Below are positions 32,925 to 42,189 of a stretch of 64,000 bases of DNA, one piece after another (position 1 is the first letter of the stretch; each line of letters begins with the position of its first letter). Source of the stretch: a virus; the IMG/VR virus record IMGVR_UViG_3300046008_000291, positions 1-64,000 of that record; one strand, 5' to 3'. A program made the translations under genes and the position numbers. The notes beneath the pieces are model-generated. The model did no database searches. It was not told where the DNA came from and was given only the letters and a program-made list of their open reading frames with translations.

Positions 32925-33810
32925 ATTTTTTCTTAGGTGGGCGCAAGATGCCAACTGGCTTGGTAATCTTAGTTTTTTTAATTATGTTTGCCTGCTTGAT
33001 AGTCTGCTTGTCCGATGGTGTAGATATATTAATAACTCCATCAAATGTGCGAGTAGCTTCTTCTGGAATTTCAGTCCATTGACTTACATAATCGATAAAA
33101 TAATTTTCTTTATCTAGCCACGGATATAATATATCTTCCTGTCGTAGATACCCATATTGAGTTATCGAATCGACCACAGTCGGATTTAATAAACCCAGAT
33201 CAATTAGATCATACCACGTTGTGTTAGTTGCATCCATAGGAGCAATGTCTGATTTGTATACTGCTATGTGTATCCATGGGTCATTAAATGATTTAAGTAG
33301 GTAAGCATCCTTGCAGTCAAATCCATTTACTGCCAACATATAAATTAAACTAGTTGGAGTAAAGTTATAAAAACACCCGCTGTGTGTTCGACTATAATAT
33401 TTGTTATCTGCTACGCCGCTATGTTGCGGAATGCTCAATACTAGCATAGCATTGACATTCATCTGTTCGTTCCATACTCGTAATGTTTCGATTGGATTAG
33501 TACTATATTGCAGACTATCATGCGACCATACTAGGTCAGCTTGTACTGGAATACATCGTGCAGTAAAATCTCTGTTGATTGGTCGAATATTAGCAAACGA
33601 CGGTATTTGACCAAGTTTAGCAGCATCACGATCAACTGCATAACAATTATAATTATAAGGGCGAGGAGGATCGTCGCGTGATACTAATGTTGCCCACCAA
33701 GTGATGTCTTCACCTGTTCCACAGCCCATATCTACAATCGTATGTAAACTATCAAGAAAGCTATCATACTCCCTAAGTTGATTTAATACCTTAAGTGCAT
33801 GTCTAGCCAT
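32917..33810 (-). CDS. Class I SAM-dependent methyltransferase
   Basis: IVDMGCGTG, AVDRD, DLVWSHDSLQY. Confidence 0.82.
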   Translation of the reverse strand: MARHALKVLNQLREYDSFLDSLHTIVDMGCGTGEDITWWATLVSRDDPPRPYNYNCYAVDRDAAKLGQIPSFANIRPINRDFTARCIPVQADLVWSHDSLQYSTNPIETLRVWNEQMNVNAMLVLSIPQHSGVADNKYYSRTHSGCFYNFTPTSLIYMLAVNGFDCKDAYLLKSFNDPWIHIAVYKSDIAPMDATNTTWYDLIDLGLLNPTVVDSITQYGYLRQEDILYPWLDKENYFIDYVSQWTEIPEEATRTFDGVINISTPSDKQTIKQANIIKKTKITKPVGILRPPKKKYD

Positions 33811-34108
33811 TTTTTAATATCCTAAAAATAAAGTCTTTGCTGAAAGTAGTGTATGCTTCTATAAATTTTGCAGTATAGTCAGCTTCGTCTATTGTGTTAT
33901 TACTTAATCTCGCAAATCGTAATTCTTGTGAATAGTGTATGAGTTGACCTTTACGATTCATATAATCCAATATGTCAATATTATCGTTTGGGCCAATATG
34001 AGAAGAAACGTATTTAATCTCTTCCCACTGTGCTAACAGTTCGTCTACGTTATTGATTAACTGTTGCATCTTCCATTCCTGCTGTGCGCAGTCTAACAAT
34101 ATGTCCAA
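33803..34108 (-). CDS. Hypothetical protein
   Basis: ORF in operon; start possibly MQQLIN. Confidence 0.55.
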   Translation of the reverse strand: MDILLDCAQQEWKMQQLINNVDELLAQWEEIKYVSSHIGPNDNIDILDYMNRKGQLIHYSQELRFARLSNNTIDEADYTAKFIEAYTTFSKDFIFRILKNG

Positions 34109-34508
34109 TCATGTATGATTTTGCTTCCAAACCTTTCATAATGCCTAGCCATTTATTACGCAGTAAGGCTACTTCGTTAATGATGGTTTCCATATCAATA
34201 ACTTCGCTTTCACCATCGACATACTTTTCAGCATCGCGACTGGTCAGCGCACGTGCATAGGCTTCAAGATACTTTTTGTAGTGGTCCTGACGGATTTTAC
34301 GAAGTTTGATGTTGAGAAAGTTAAGCACCGCTTCAATCTCCTGTAACTGATTGAAACGTTGCTCTGTAACTCCGGGTAAAGTAGCTAGGCCTTTTTCAAT
34401 ATTGCCGTGTACCTTAACTTCATTTTTAGCCTGTGCTAGCTCATTACTATAGTAGTCAATGAAGTCAGGCAATGCGCCAATATTTTGTACTACTCGGTTA
34501 TACCACAT
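34050..34508 (-). CDS. uvsY: Recombination mediator UvsY-like
   Basis: Helical 152 aa, YARALTSRDAEKYVDGE, KWLGIMKGLEAK; adjacent to uvsX. Confidence 0.7.
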   Translation of the reverse strand: MWYNRVVQNIGALPDFIDYYSNELAQAKNEVKVHGNIEKGLATLPGVTEQRFNQLQEIEAVLNFLNIKLRKIRQDHYKKYLEAYARALTSRDAEKYVDGESEVIDMETIINEVALLRNKWLGIMKGLEAKSYMIGHIVRLRTAGMEDATVNQ

Positions 34509-34510
34509 AC

Positions 34511-34741
34511 TTACTCGTCGTCGTAGTCGTTTTCAGGTTCGGCTTCTTCGCCTAGATATTCTTCCACAGCACGTCTAAGGTATGCATCGGTACCGCCAAA
34601 CTTTTTCAAATCTGCTTCTGTAATGCTGTGATCAGCAACTACATTAACCACATGATCTGCTACTGCCTGTCGATCTTTTTGTGAAATATATTCCTTAGTA
34701 GTAAGCCACATTTCACTTAACAAATCAATTTCTAAACTCAT
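34511..34741 (-). CDS. Small acidic hypothetical protein
   Basis: 76 aa between uvsX and uvsY. Confidence 0.7.
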   Translation of the reverse strand: MSLEIDLLSEMWLTTKEYISQKDRQAVADHVVNVVADHSITEADLKKFGGTDAYLRRAVEEYLGEEAEPENDYDDE

Positions 34742-35841
34742 TATTCAGTCCCTTGTTCAAGTACTTGGTTTTCAGATAAATCTTCGTCTGCTACGTCGGT
34801 AGCTTTTGTACTTAGCAAATGCACATTAGTTGAAATTTCTTTCATTACTTTATCTAGACACTCATCTTCATTACGTTCCCATGCTTTACGGAATTTTTTA
34901 ATAACAACCCCGTCTGCTAGTGTGTAGACTAAACTGTTGCCTTCTTTTTTCAGCATGTTTTTAGCTTCTAACATATCTACCATACCTGAATAAGGACTCA
35001 TACCAGTTTCATATGGAATCTCTACTTGTACACTCTCAAACGGTTTAGCATATCGTGTCTTCATAATCTTACAAGCGGCACGGATACCGTTAACTGTTGT
35101 GGTCTTATTACCGTCAGCGTCTGTTTTAAGTTTAAGTTTACGCATAGCTACAACAATACTTGAAGCATAGATAAAGCCTTGACCGCCACTAATCTTGTCA
35201 TCTGGGTCAAACATATCCTGTGACGCATACGTATGGTTAGTTGCTACTAGACCTAAGTTTAATGTACCAAACATGTTCACACAGTTACGTACAAGTGCTG
35301 TTAGTGCTTTAGGTTTACGACCCATATCACCTTTCATTTCACCTGCTTCAAACTGGTTAACGTCTGTCGGAGTTAACATCATTCCTAAACTGTCCAGAAC
35401 AAACAATACTTTAGGACGGTCTTCTTCTGGAAGGGTACGATACTCTTTAACAAAGTCACTGATAACTTTAGCCACATCATCAATCATAGCCATGTTAAGT
35501 TTAAGCAGTTTACTTTCGTCTGTATCTACACCCAATGCGTGTAGCCATGCTTCGTCAAGTGCGTTTTCTGTATCAATTAAAATAACATAAATGCCTTGCT
35601 CCTGTGCATGACGTACAATATTACCCGAACAGATAAATGATTTTCCTGCACCCGATTCACCAGCAAACACAGTTACCTTACCCATAGGAATGCCTTTATT
35701 AAAGTCTCCGCTTAATAGATAGTTTAATGTGTAGTTGCCTGTACTGATCCAATCTGTAGGATCGTTAAAGCCAATACCTAACCCATCAATTGATTTGGTA
35801 ATTGATTTTCTAAATTTACTAATGTCGAATGGTTTTGCCAT
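34741..35841 (-). CDS. uvsX: RecA/UvsX recombinase
   Basis: GESGAGKS, IDTENA, VLDSLG, TNHTY, SGGQGFIYASS. Confidence 0.95.
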   Translation of the reverse strand: MAKPFDISKFRKSITKSIDGLGIGFNDPTDWISTGNYTLNYLLSGDFNKGIPMGKVTVFAGESGAGKSFICSGNIVRHAQEQGIYVILIDTENALDEAWLHALGVDTDESKLLKLNMAMIDDVAKVISDFVKEYRTLPEEDRPKVLFVLDSLGMMLTPTDVNQFEAGEMKGDMGRKPKALTALVRNCVNMFGTLNLGLVATNHTYASQDMFDPDDKISGGQGFIYASSIVVAMRKLKLKTDADGNKTTTVNGIRAACKIMKTRYAKPFESVQVEIPYETGMSPYSGMVDMLEAKNMLKKEGNSLVYTLADGVVIKKFRKAWERNEDECLDKVMKEISTNVHLLSTKATDVADEDLSENQVLEQGTE

Positions 35842-35883
35842 AATGTTTTCCTTTGAGTGTGTATTAAGTTTATTTTACATGAA

Positions 35884-36678
35884 TTATACTGCTATGTCTA
35901 CATGTAATGACATATATCTTTTCCAAAATTTACCAATTGCACTAGGATCAAAGTCATCGAATCCTAGTTGAGTATATAACTGTTGCATATTGCTGATAAA
36001 CAATTCTGCAGCAAAAATAGTCGAGTCCACATCAACAACTATTTTTTTATTTTTTACAAGATGCCACAGATAGAATTTTTGCATTTCATCGTTGTCAGTT
36101 ATGTAATTATCATTTTCAAATTGTTCCCAGGTTGGCCAATCGTGTCCTTTTAGTATATTGTATTTTTCTTTACAATAATTACCTGCGTATGATTCAATCG
36201 GTTGTAGATTTGATGTTTTTAGTTTTGCTGCAATATCAAAGAATTTTCTATAATTTTTTAACATTATCACAGTGGCATTAGGCCACACTTTAAGCAAATT
36301 TAATACCTCGCCCGGACCTCTATGAGAGCAAATGAAGAATTTTAAATTTGATTTTGATAGCTGCTCGGTGAGTGAATTTATATAATTAATAGTTGGGCTA
36401 CCTGTTCTCCATAGTTCCTGGACCGGTCCATATATGTCAGCATCGCCATATTCATACATTGATATCCAATTTAGCATGTCATGCCTCGGTGCTAGCGAAT
36501 TTAATGCAGTCTCTAGTCTAAACTGATAATCATTGGGACTATTAATCAAATATTCAGCAGCACGAGTATCCTGCGGTACAGCATACTTACTCAATGATAA
36601 ACAATTGCTTATAAATTTGCCGCCGGCAAATGGTGTAAATTGTATAATAACTGGATTTGTGCTGTCGAAATTAACCAT
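35884..36678 (-). CDS. Hypothetical protein, sulfotransferase/P-loop-like N-terminus (paralog A)
   Basis: IIQFTPFAGGKFISNCLSLS. Confidence 0.4.
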   Translation of the reverse strand: MVNFDSTNPVIIQFTPFAGGKFISNCLSLSKYAVPQDTRAAEYLINSPNDYQFRLETALNSLAPRHDMLNWISMYEYGDADIYGPVQELWRTGSPTINYINSLTEQLSKSNLKFFICSHRGPGEVLNLLKVWPNATVIMLKNYRKFFDIAAKLKTSNLQPIESYAGNYCKEKYNILKGHDWPTWEQFENDNYITDNDEMQKFYLWHLVKNKKIVVDVDSTIFAAELFISNMQQLYTQLGFDDFDPSAIGKFWKRYMSLHVDIAV

Positions 36679-37651
36679 TGAATTTCTCTAGTTGTGTTAG
36701 GTAATGTTTACTCATGTACCAATCATAATTATAATCAACCGTGTCTTTTTCTAATAGATATAAATCATGCCAATCGGCAGTGGTCAAATGACCAAACTTT
36801 GATAACATACTTAGAAGTTCTACTAATCGAACAACTGGATTGGTAATTGAGTCAAAGTCATAATTAAATATTGTAGTGAATAGTTTAAATCCGTATATTT
36901 CAGCTAAATGCCGGTGCCAGCCCGGTTGACTATAACCTAGCCATAAAGATTTACCTACTACTGGATATAAAAACTTTTCGGTAACAAACGGTACGTTGCT
37001 GGTTGCCATTGTTTCCGATACTATTTGTATAAATGATTGATTTATCTTGTCTAATAGTATTTTTATATTACGTTTATGATTATAGCGTGTATAGTCAATT
37101 GAATAGATATTATTATAAAACTCGTCCGCATCAGCACCATCTGCTATGATAAATTTTCTATAAAATCGTTCATCTAGACTAGATTCAAAACACGCAATTA
37201 TATTACCATCGATTCGATCTTTATATGTGGAGAAATTTTTAGTATTGTATTCAGGTGTAAACCAACCAAATTTATGTAGTGCCGATGTTAACAATTGTCG
37301 CGATATATGTTCGGACCCATTAAAAGAACATACAAAGTTCTTAAAATCTTTTTCTTTATCGACTAATTTAATATTAGTAAAGTGTGAGAAATTTAATGTA
37401 TGCTGATACTCTGATGAAAACCGAATATTTAAATTTGAATAATTAGCATGAACCGCCTGCGATAAAACATTATGATATTGAATGTCGTATTGTTTGCCCT
37501 GCGCACCTGCGTAATCGTTTATACTATCTAATACCGCATTACAATTATCTACGTCAAATCCACCAAGGTGATCAAGCAATTGAAACCTGGCTGGTAGGCC
37601 GGCAAAGTCGATTGCTGATTCGGGTAAGAGTTGATATTGTGTTATTTGCAA
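36671..37651 (-). CDS. GT10-like glycosyltransferase-like protein (paralog 2 of 3)
   Basis: IVSET...FVTEKFLYP...GFKLF...YDFD. Confidence 0.55.
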   Translation of the reverse strand: MQITQYQLLPESAIDFAGLPARFQLLDHLGGFDVDNCNAVLDSINDYAGAQGKQYDIQYHNVLSQAVHANYSNLNIRFSSEYQHTLNFSHFTNIKLVDKEKDFKNFVCSFNGSEHISRQLLTSALHKFGWFTPEYNTKNFSTYKDRIDGNIIACFESSLDERFYRKFIIADGADADEFYNNIYSIDYTRYNHKRNIKILLDKINQSFIQIVSETMATSNVPFVTEKFLYPVVGKSLWLGYSQPGWHRHLAEIYGFKLFTTIFNYDFDSITNPVVRLVELLSMLSKFGHLTTADWHDLYLLEKDTVDYNYDWYMSKHYLTQLEKFNG

Positions 37652-38484
37652 TTTCTACTCCACCATATATTATAAATTTTGCTTAACAAATCTTTATCGG
37701 GCATTGCCAGTGAACTACTTTGTGTAATTTGTTCTATATTATCAATTACAGTGTCTATAGAGAATATATTATCAAGATCAAATACTAAATTATTCACTAG
37801 TTGATTGCTTGGGTGTTGATACAAAGTTTCTGTACTAGAAAATAAATTAAATTCTGGATTTTGGGAAATATTAATCATCTTAAATTCATCAATACTATCA
37901 ACTTGTATCACAGCATTGCCAGTGAAGAATTGTTTTACTAGCTCTTTTCTTTTTGGGTTGCAGTATGCAGGATCATGTTGTAATTGTCTAATTAGCATAG
38001 GTGCTTCGACATAATAGTGTTTTGACCATACCATTTGCTCGACCCATGCTCTAGCACGTTCTGACGTGATAATTACATTAACAAAAATACTGCCTGACAT
38101 AAATTGAGGTATCTCAGATTTATGTAATATTAAATTAACTTTTTTATTTGCCTGTACATTATCAAAATAATAATCATCGTGGCCATCAACAAGCAATTGA
38201 TTATATTCTTCAAAAGATACCTGCGTGCCTCGATCGTATGTGCCGCTGTAAAAATCCGAGCGATATGGTAAATCAGGTTCTAATCGTAAATGATAGGTTA
38301 AATCAACGGGGAACTTTGAATCAACGTAATTAACATATGATTCAGCAAACTTATCTGTGCCCTTTATTGCTTCAATGGATGACTCCCAATGAGCAATATC
38401 ATTACTTAATTGAAGTGCAGTCGATAGAAATCTACCAGCTCCGCCACTTGGGTATCTTACTACGATGAATGGAGACTTATGCAT
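37642..38484 (-). CDS. Hypothetical protein, sulfotransferase/P-loop-like N-terminus (paralog B)
   Basis: VVRYPSGGAGRFLSTALQLS. Confidence 0.4.
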   Translation of the reverse strand: MHKSPFIVVRYPSGGAGRFLSTALQLSNDIAHWESSIEAIKGTDKFAESYVNYVDSKFPVDLTYHLRLEPDLPYRSDFYSGTYDRGTQVSFEEYNQLLVDGHDDYYFDNVQANKKVNLILHKSEIPQFMSGSIFVNVIITSERARAWVEQMVWSKHYYVEAPMLIRQLQHDPAYCNPKRKELVKQFFTGNAVIQVDSIDEFKMINISQNPEFNLFSSTETLYQHPSNQLVNNLVFDLDNIFSIDTVIDNIEQITQSSSLAMPDKDLLSKIYNIWWSRNCK

Positions 38485-39097
38485 TCTTAGTGAGAGTTAT
38501 TGTTTCTATATAATCCAATTCAATTGCTGAATCGATTACTTTTACTAGTTCGTCAACAGTCATATGTTGTCTAGTATCATAAAAAGAATTAACAGTTTGA
38601 TCATCGTGTATTCTTCTATTCTTAGCAAATGATGTTTTAATCCTACCCGGGCGGATTTCTATTAATCGGTAATTAGAATTTTTTAATTCATCACGCATAC
38701 ATTGTATGAATGTAGTTAGCCCAGCTTTACTTGCGGAATAAATGCTATCGCCGCCTAATGAAGATTCAACCGCTCTGCTAGTAATAAAGATAATTTTACC
38801 TGTGGGATTTTGTTGAATAAATTTCTGTGTTAGATAAATTGGTGCCCGAAGGTTGACATCGAGTATATCAGTCCAAGCTTCTATATCATGAGTTAGTATA
38901 CCCTTGCCTCCGCCGTGACTATGACCGGCATTGTTGATTAATACATCAACTCCGGATAAATCAACAGTTTGTAGATCGGATAGTGTGCTTAAATTAACTA
39001 TCGGTTTGTCAATTGACAAGACATTATGGTTAAGCAATAGATGTTCTTTTAATGCTAACCCTAAACCTGAGGTAGTGCCAGTAATTGCTATTTTCAT
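38477..39097 (-). CDS. Short-chain dehydrogenase/reductase
   Basis: ITGTTSGLG, LINNAG, YSASK. Confidence 0.92.
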   Translation of the reverse strand: MKIAITGTTSGLGLALKEHLLLNHNVLSIDKPIVNLSTLSDLQTVDLSGVDVLINNAGHSHGGGKGILTHDIEAWTDILDVNLRAPIYLTQKFIQQNPTGKIIFITSRAVESSLGGDSIYSASKAGLTTFIQCMRDELKNSNYRLIEIRPGRIKTSFAKNRRIHDDQTVNSFYDTRQHMTVDELVKVIDSAIELDYIETITLTKNA

Positions 39098-39103
39098 TTT
39101 TAG

Positions 39104-39140
39104 AAAAGAGGGATAGTACTTAAACTATCCCTACTCTTTT
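39104..39140 (-). terminator. Intrinsic terminator after gp32
   Basis: GGGATAGT/ACTATCCC stem flanked by AAAAGAG/CTCTTTT. Confidence 0.75.
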
Positions 39141-39145
39141 ATCAA

Positions 39146-40186
39146 TTAAGCAGTTTTCTGACGATTGCGAATCATTGCTAAAATGTCTTCAGCACGTTGT
39201 CCGCCAGCTGCCGGAGTAGCTATTGGTGCTGTTGGAGCACTAACTTCTACTTCATCAGTATCAAACGGAGCATCTGCTACTGGAGCAATTGCCACCGGAG
39301 CACTTTCAACATGCTCAGAAACAACTGCACGGTCTGCCGGTTGAGCTGCTACATCACTAGCCGCAGTAGTCGTTGCAGGAGCATTTGATGTGTATGAACC
39401 GCGTGGTTTAAAGTACGCACCCCATTTTTCTTCATCATATGGTTGACCATCAACACTTGCTTCAAACATTTCTTTCATGATTTTAAGCTCTGCTTCGTTT
39501 GGACGTTTAGGCAAGAAGTCAGCAAGGTTATATAAACCAAACTTCTCAATTGCTTCTGCTTCGTCTACAGTTAATGCAGATTCTTTACGTGACCATTTTG
39601 AAGTACTGTAGTCAGCATAACCACCTTTACTTGTTTTAGTAGCAGTAAAGTCCAAACCACCTGCATAGTCAGTTGGCAAGTTTTCTAACTCTGGATCCAT
39701 CAATGCTGATTTAACCAAGTTAAAAATCTGTGGGCTAATGATAAAGCGACGAATTGGATTTTCTGGAGTCTTATCATCTTTCAATGGATTTTCACGTACA
39801 AAGCCTTGGAATAAGTATGATTTCTTTTTCCAGTATTTACGACCCATTTCTTCTAAACTTGGATCTTTAAACCATGTACGTACTTCTGCTAGGATCGGGC
39901 ATGATTCACCCCACATCTCAACACATGGTACTTGTACTGTTGTTTTTTTACTGTCTGTTTGGCCTTTAATGCCAGCGAACTCTAAGTTGATCATATTACG
40001 TTCAACCCAGAAGAATGTGTTTTTTGGATCTGCATCTGGTAAGAAACGGATACGTGCTGTTGCACCTTCGTCAATATTCCAGTGTGCATAGATTGCGTTG
40101 TCGCCGCCGCCTGTGGATGATTTACCTGAACTACGTGTGTCTTGCGCTTGTAACTTTGCTCTGATTTCTGCTAATGATGTTGCCAT
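39146..40186 (-). CDS. Single-stranded DNA-binding protein (gp32-like)
   Basis: IRFLPD, CPI, YADYSTSKW, acidic Ala/Pro-rich tail. Confidence 0.9.
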   Translation of the reverse strand: MATSLAEIRAKLQAQDTRSSGKSSTGGGDNAIYAHWNIDEGATARIRFLPDADPKNTFFWVERNMINLEFAGIKGQTDSKKTTVQVPCVEMWGESCPILAEVRTWFKDPSLEEMGRKYWKKKSYLFQGFVRENPLKDDKTPENPIRRFIISPQIFNLVKSALMDPELENLPTDYAGGLDFTATKTSKGGYADYSTSKWSRKESALTVDEAEAIEKFGLYNLADFLPKRPNEAELKIMKEMFEASVDGQPYDEEKWGAYFKPRGSYTSNAPATTTAASDVAAQPADRAVVSEHVESAPVAIAPVADAPFDTDEVEVSAPTAPIATPAAGGQRAEDILAMIRNRQKTA

Positions 40187-40308
40187 GATGTGTTTCTCCT
40201 GTTGTTTTAAGTTGGTCTTAATATAAGTAACTTCCCGCTACCTACAATAGTATTTATCACCTATGCATTAATAATACGTTATATTGATAGCAAGGTCAAG
40301 TAAAAAGT

Positions 40309-41103
40309 TTAGATATTTTTACCAAAATATGGGAGTAGCTCATCTATTAGTTTACTGTATCCTACAATGTCTGGGTGTACTTCTTTCCAATTACTATATA
40401 TAAGATCCAATTTCTCAGCGGCTACAATAGACATTGGCTTAAATTCTGTGCCAAATTTCTGCATGAATTCTGGAGTATCTGCTAGTTGGCTATACCATTC
40501 TGGGTCGCTTAGATATACATCTTCTAATAGATTAGGTATTAATAATTTAGTGGCACTAGGTACTACAGATGTTAAATTACTATATTGTTCAATACTCGGG
40601 TGTAGTTGACCCCAACACCCTAACATTAATACCTGTACATTATGTTGCAGAGCAATTTCATTTAATTTAGTATAGAATTTAGAAAAATAATCAGCAATCA
40701 TATCATCTAAACTATCGTATTTCAATAAAGAATCAACAAACGTATGCTCTAATTCTTTCCACTGTGTGAATTCAGCATCGGGCGGTTTCTTGACATATAG
40801 ATAGTGTTCTCTAAATATATCTGTTTGCAGGAATACAATATAATCCACAGTATCCCAGGCAATTTCTTTATATTCGTCACTGTGAGAATGCCCATATAAA
40901 GACCTGCCTGTATTGTTCCAATTACCTTCCATACGATCAAGTTGTAACCAATTCGAGCCACCGGCTTTGCTTATATTAATCACAGTGTGCCCGTGTTCTT
41001 GTAGTATAGATGCTGGGCCGATACCTAAAGGACCGTAGTCACTGCCAGTGCCACCGAATACACCGATACCCCAACTGTCACCTGCTAGTACTATTGTGCT
41101 CAT
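40309..41103 (-). CDS. SGNH/GDSL hydrolase-like protein
   Basis: AGDSWG, SKAGGSN, C-terminal HPDIVGY. Confidence 0.7.
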   Translation of the reverse strand: MSTIVLAGDSWGIGVFGGTGSDYGPLGIGPASILQEHGHTVINISKAGGSNWLQLDRMEGNWNNTGRSLYGHSHSDEYKEIAWDTVDYIVFLQTDIFREHYLYVKKPPDAEFTQWKELEHTFVDSLLKYDSLDDMIADYFSKFYTKLNEIALQHNVQVLMLGCWGQLHPSIEQYSNLTSVVPSATKLLIPNLLEDVYLSDPEWYSQLADTPEFMQKFGTEFKPMSIVAAEKLDLIYSNWKEVHPDIVGYSKLIDELLPYFGKNI

Positions 41104-42125
41104 TTATTGTGGGATGATACTAATTTTAAATAATGATGTCTATTATACTCTATTGTTGGCAACATTTCTTGGAATATACTGTTAAGCTCGTCTAAGGAAA
41201 ATGTAGCTATACGATCTATTTCTTGTTTAATAGCTTCAAATCGCTGATAATTATTTTCAATTTGGTCATAACTTTCATCAAACCATGGGCTAAATGTTTT
41301 AAATCCTGCTTGTTGTAACCGTGTTAGGCTGTGTGCGCCTGACATCATAATGAATGGTCGACCTATATATAAATTCTTAATTGCTTTTTCTGTGATCCAT
41401 GTATTACTCACACAGTCTGTTTCTACAACAATTTCCATAAAATAATCATGATACGGTTTACGGCCGGCACCTACTATCATGTCATGACTGTATACTCGCA
41501 TTGGAAATAGTTGATCATATACAATAGGTGTATTGGCGTCGGCCCAGGCTATATCATCTTCGAAGTGTTTACGAAATGGTAGATCAACCAGCATACCACG
41601 TTCTTGATATGATATGTACGAGTCTTCTCTATAGTGAGTAAACAATTGTCGAGCTATTTGTAATCGATAAAACGTGCCTCGGTGAAACCATGCGGCAAAT
41701 TTCTTAGTAAATCGATTAGTAGACATAGGTATGTCTTTAATAGTTGGATATAATACATTTATCCACATTTGTATGCTGTCATGTTTGAGTATAGTTACAT
41801 TGGGTATATCTAAATCATCTCTACAGAACATAACACAGGTTTCGGTAGTAAGATTGTATTTTTTAATAATCAACTTGACAATTTCTATGCCGCCTGACAG
41901 AATCGGATTACAACCGTCTTCGAATACAAAAAGAAAACGTTTGCCTTCGCCTATTTTATCAACTTGATATATTAATTGATCAGTACCCATAAATGCATAG
42001 TTACGATCAAACATACTATTAAAGTTAAGTGCAATTACATCTTCTATTTCAATGATAGGCACACTTCTGTCTGCCCATGGTCTATTTAAATATACCTGCC
42101 AGAAAAATTTTGTTAATTTATGCAT
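41100..42125 (-). CDS. GT10-like glycosyltransferase-like protein (paralog 3 of 3)
   Basis: IVVET...WITEKAIKN...GFKTF..WFDESYD. Confidence 0.55.
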   Translation of the reverse strand: MHKLTKFFWQVYLNRPWADRSVPIIEIEDVIALNFNSMFDRNYAFMGTDQLIYQVDKIGEGKRFLFVFEDGCNPILSGGIEIVKLIIKKYNLTTETCVMFCRDDLDIPNVTILKHDSIQMWINVLYPTIKDIPMSTNRFTKKFAAWFHRGTFYRLQIARQLFTHYREDSYISYQERGMLVDLPFRKHFEDDIAWADANTPIVYDQLFPMRVYSHDMIVGAGRKPYHDYFMEIVVETDCVSNTWITEKAIKNLYIGRPFIMMSGAHSLTRLQQAGFKTFSPWFDESYDQIENNYQRFEAIKQEIDRIATFSLDELNSIFQEMLPTIEYNRHHYLKLVSSHNK

Positions 42126-42145
42126 ACAAATATTTATTACTCAAG

Positions 42146-42172
42146 AAAAAAGGCATTAAAAAATGCCTTTTT
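42146..42172. terminator. Intrinsic terminator
   Basis: AAAAAAGGCAT/ATGCCTTTTT. Confidence 0.75.
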
Positions 42173-42189
42173 ATAAAACTAATTTGTTA

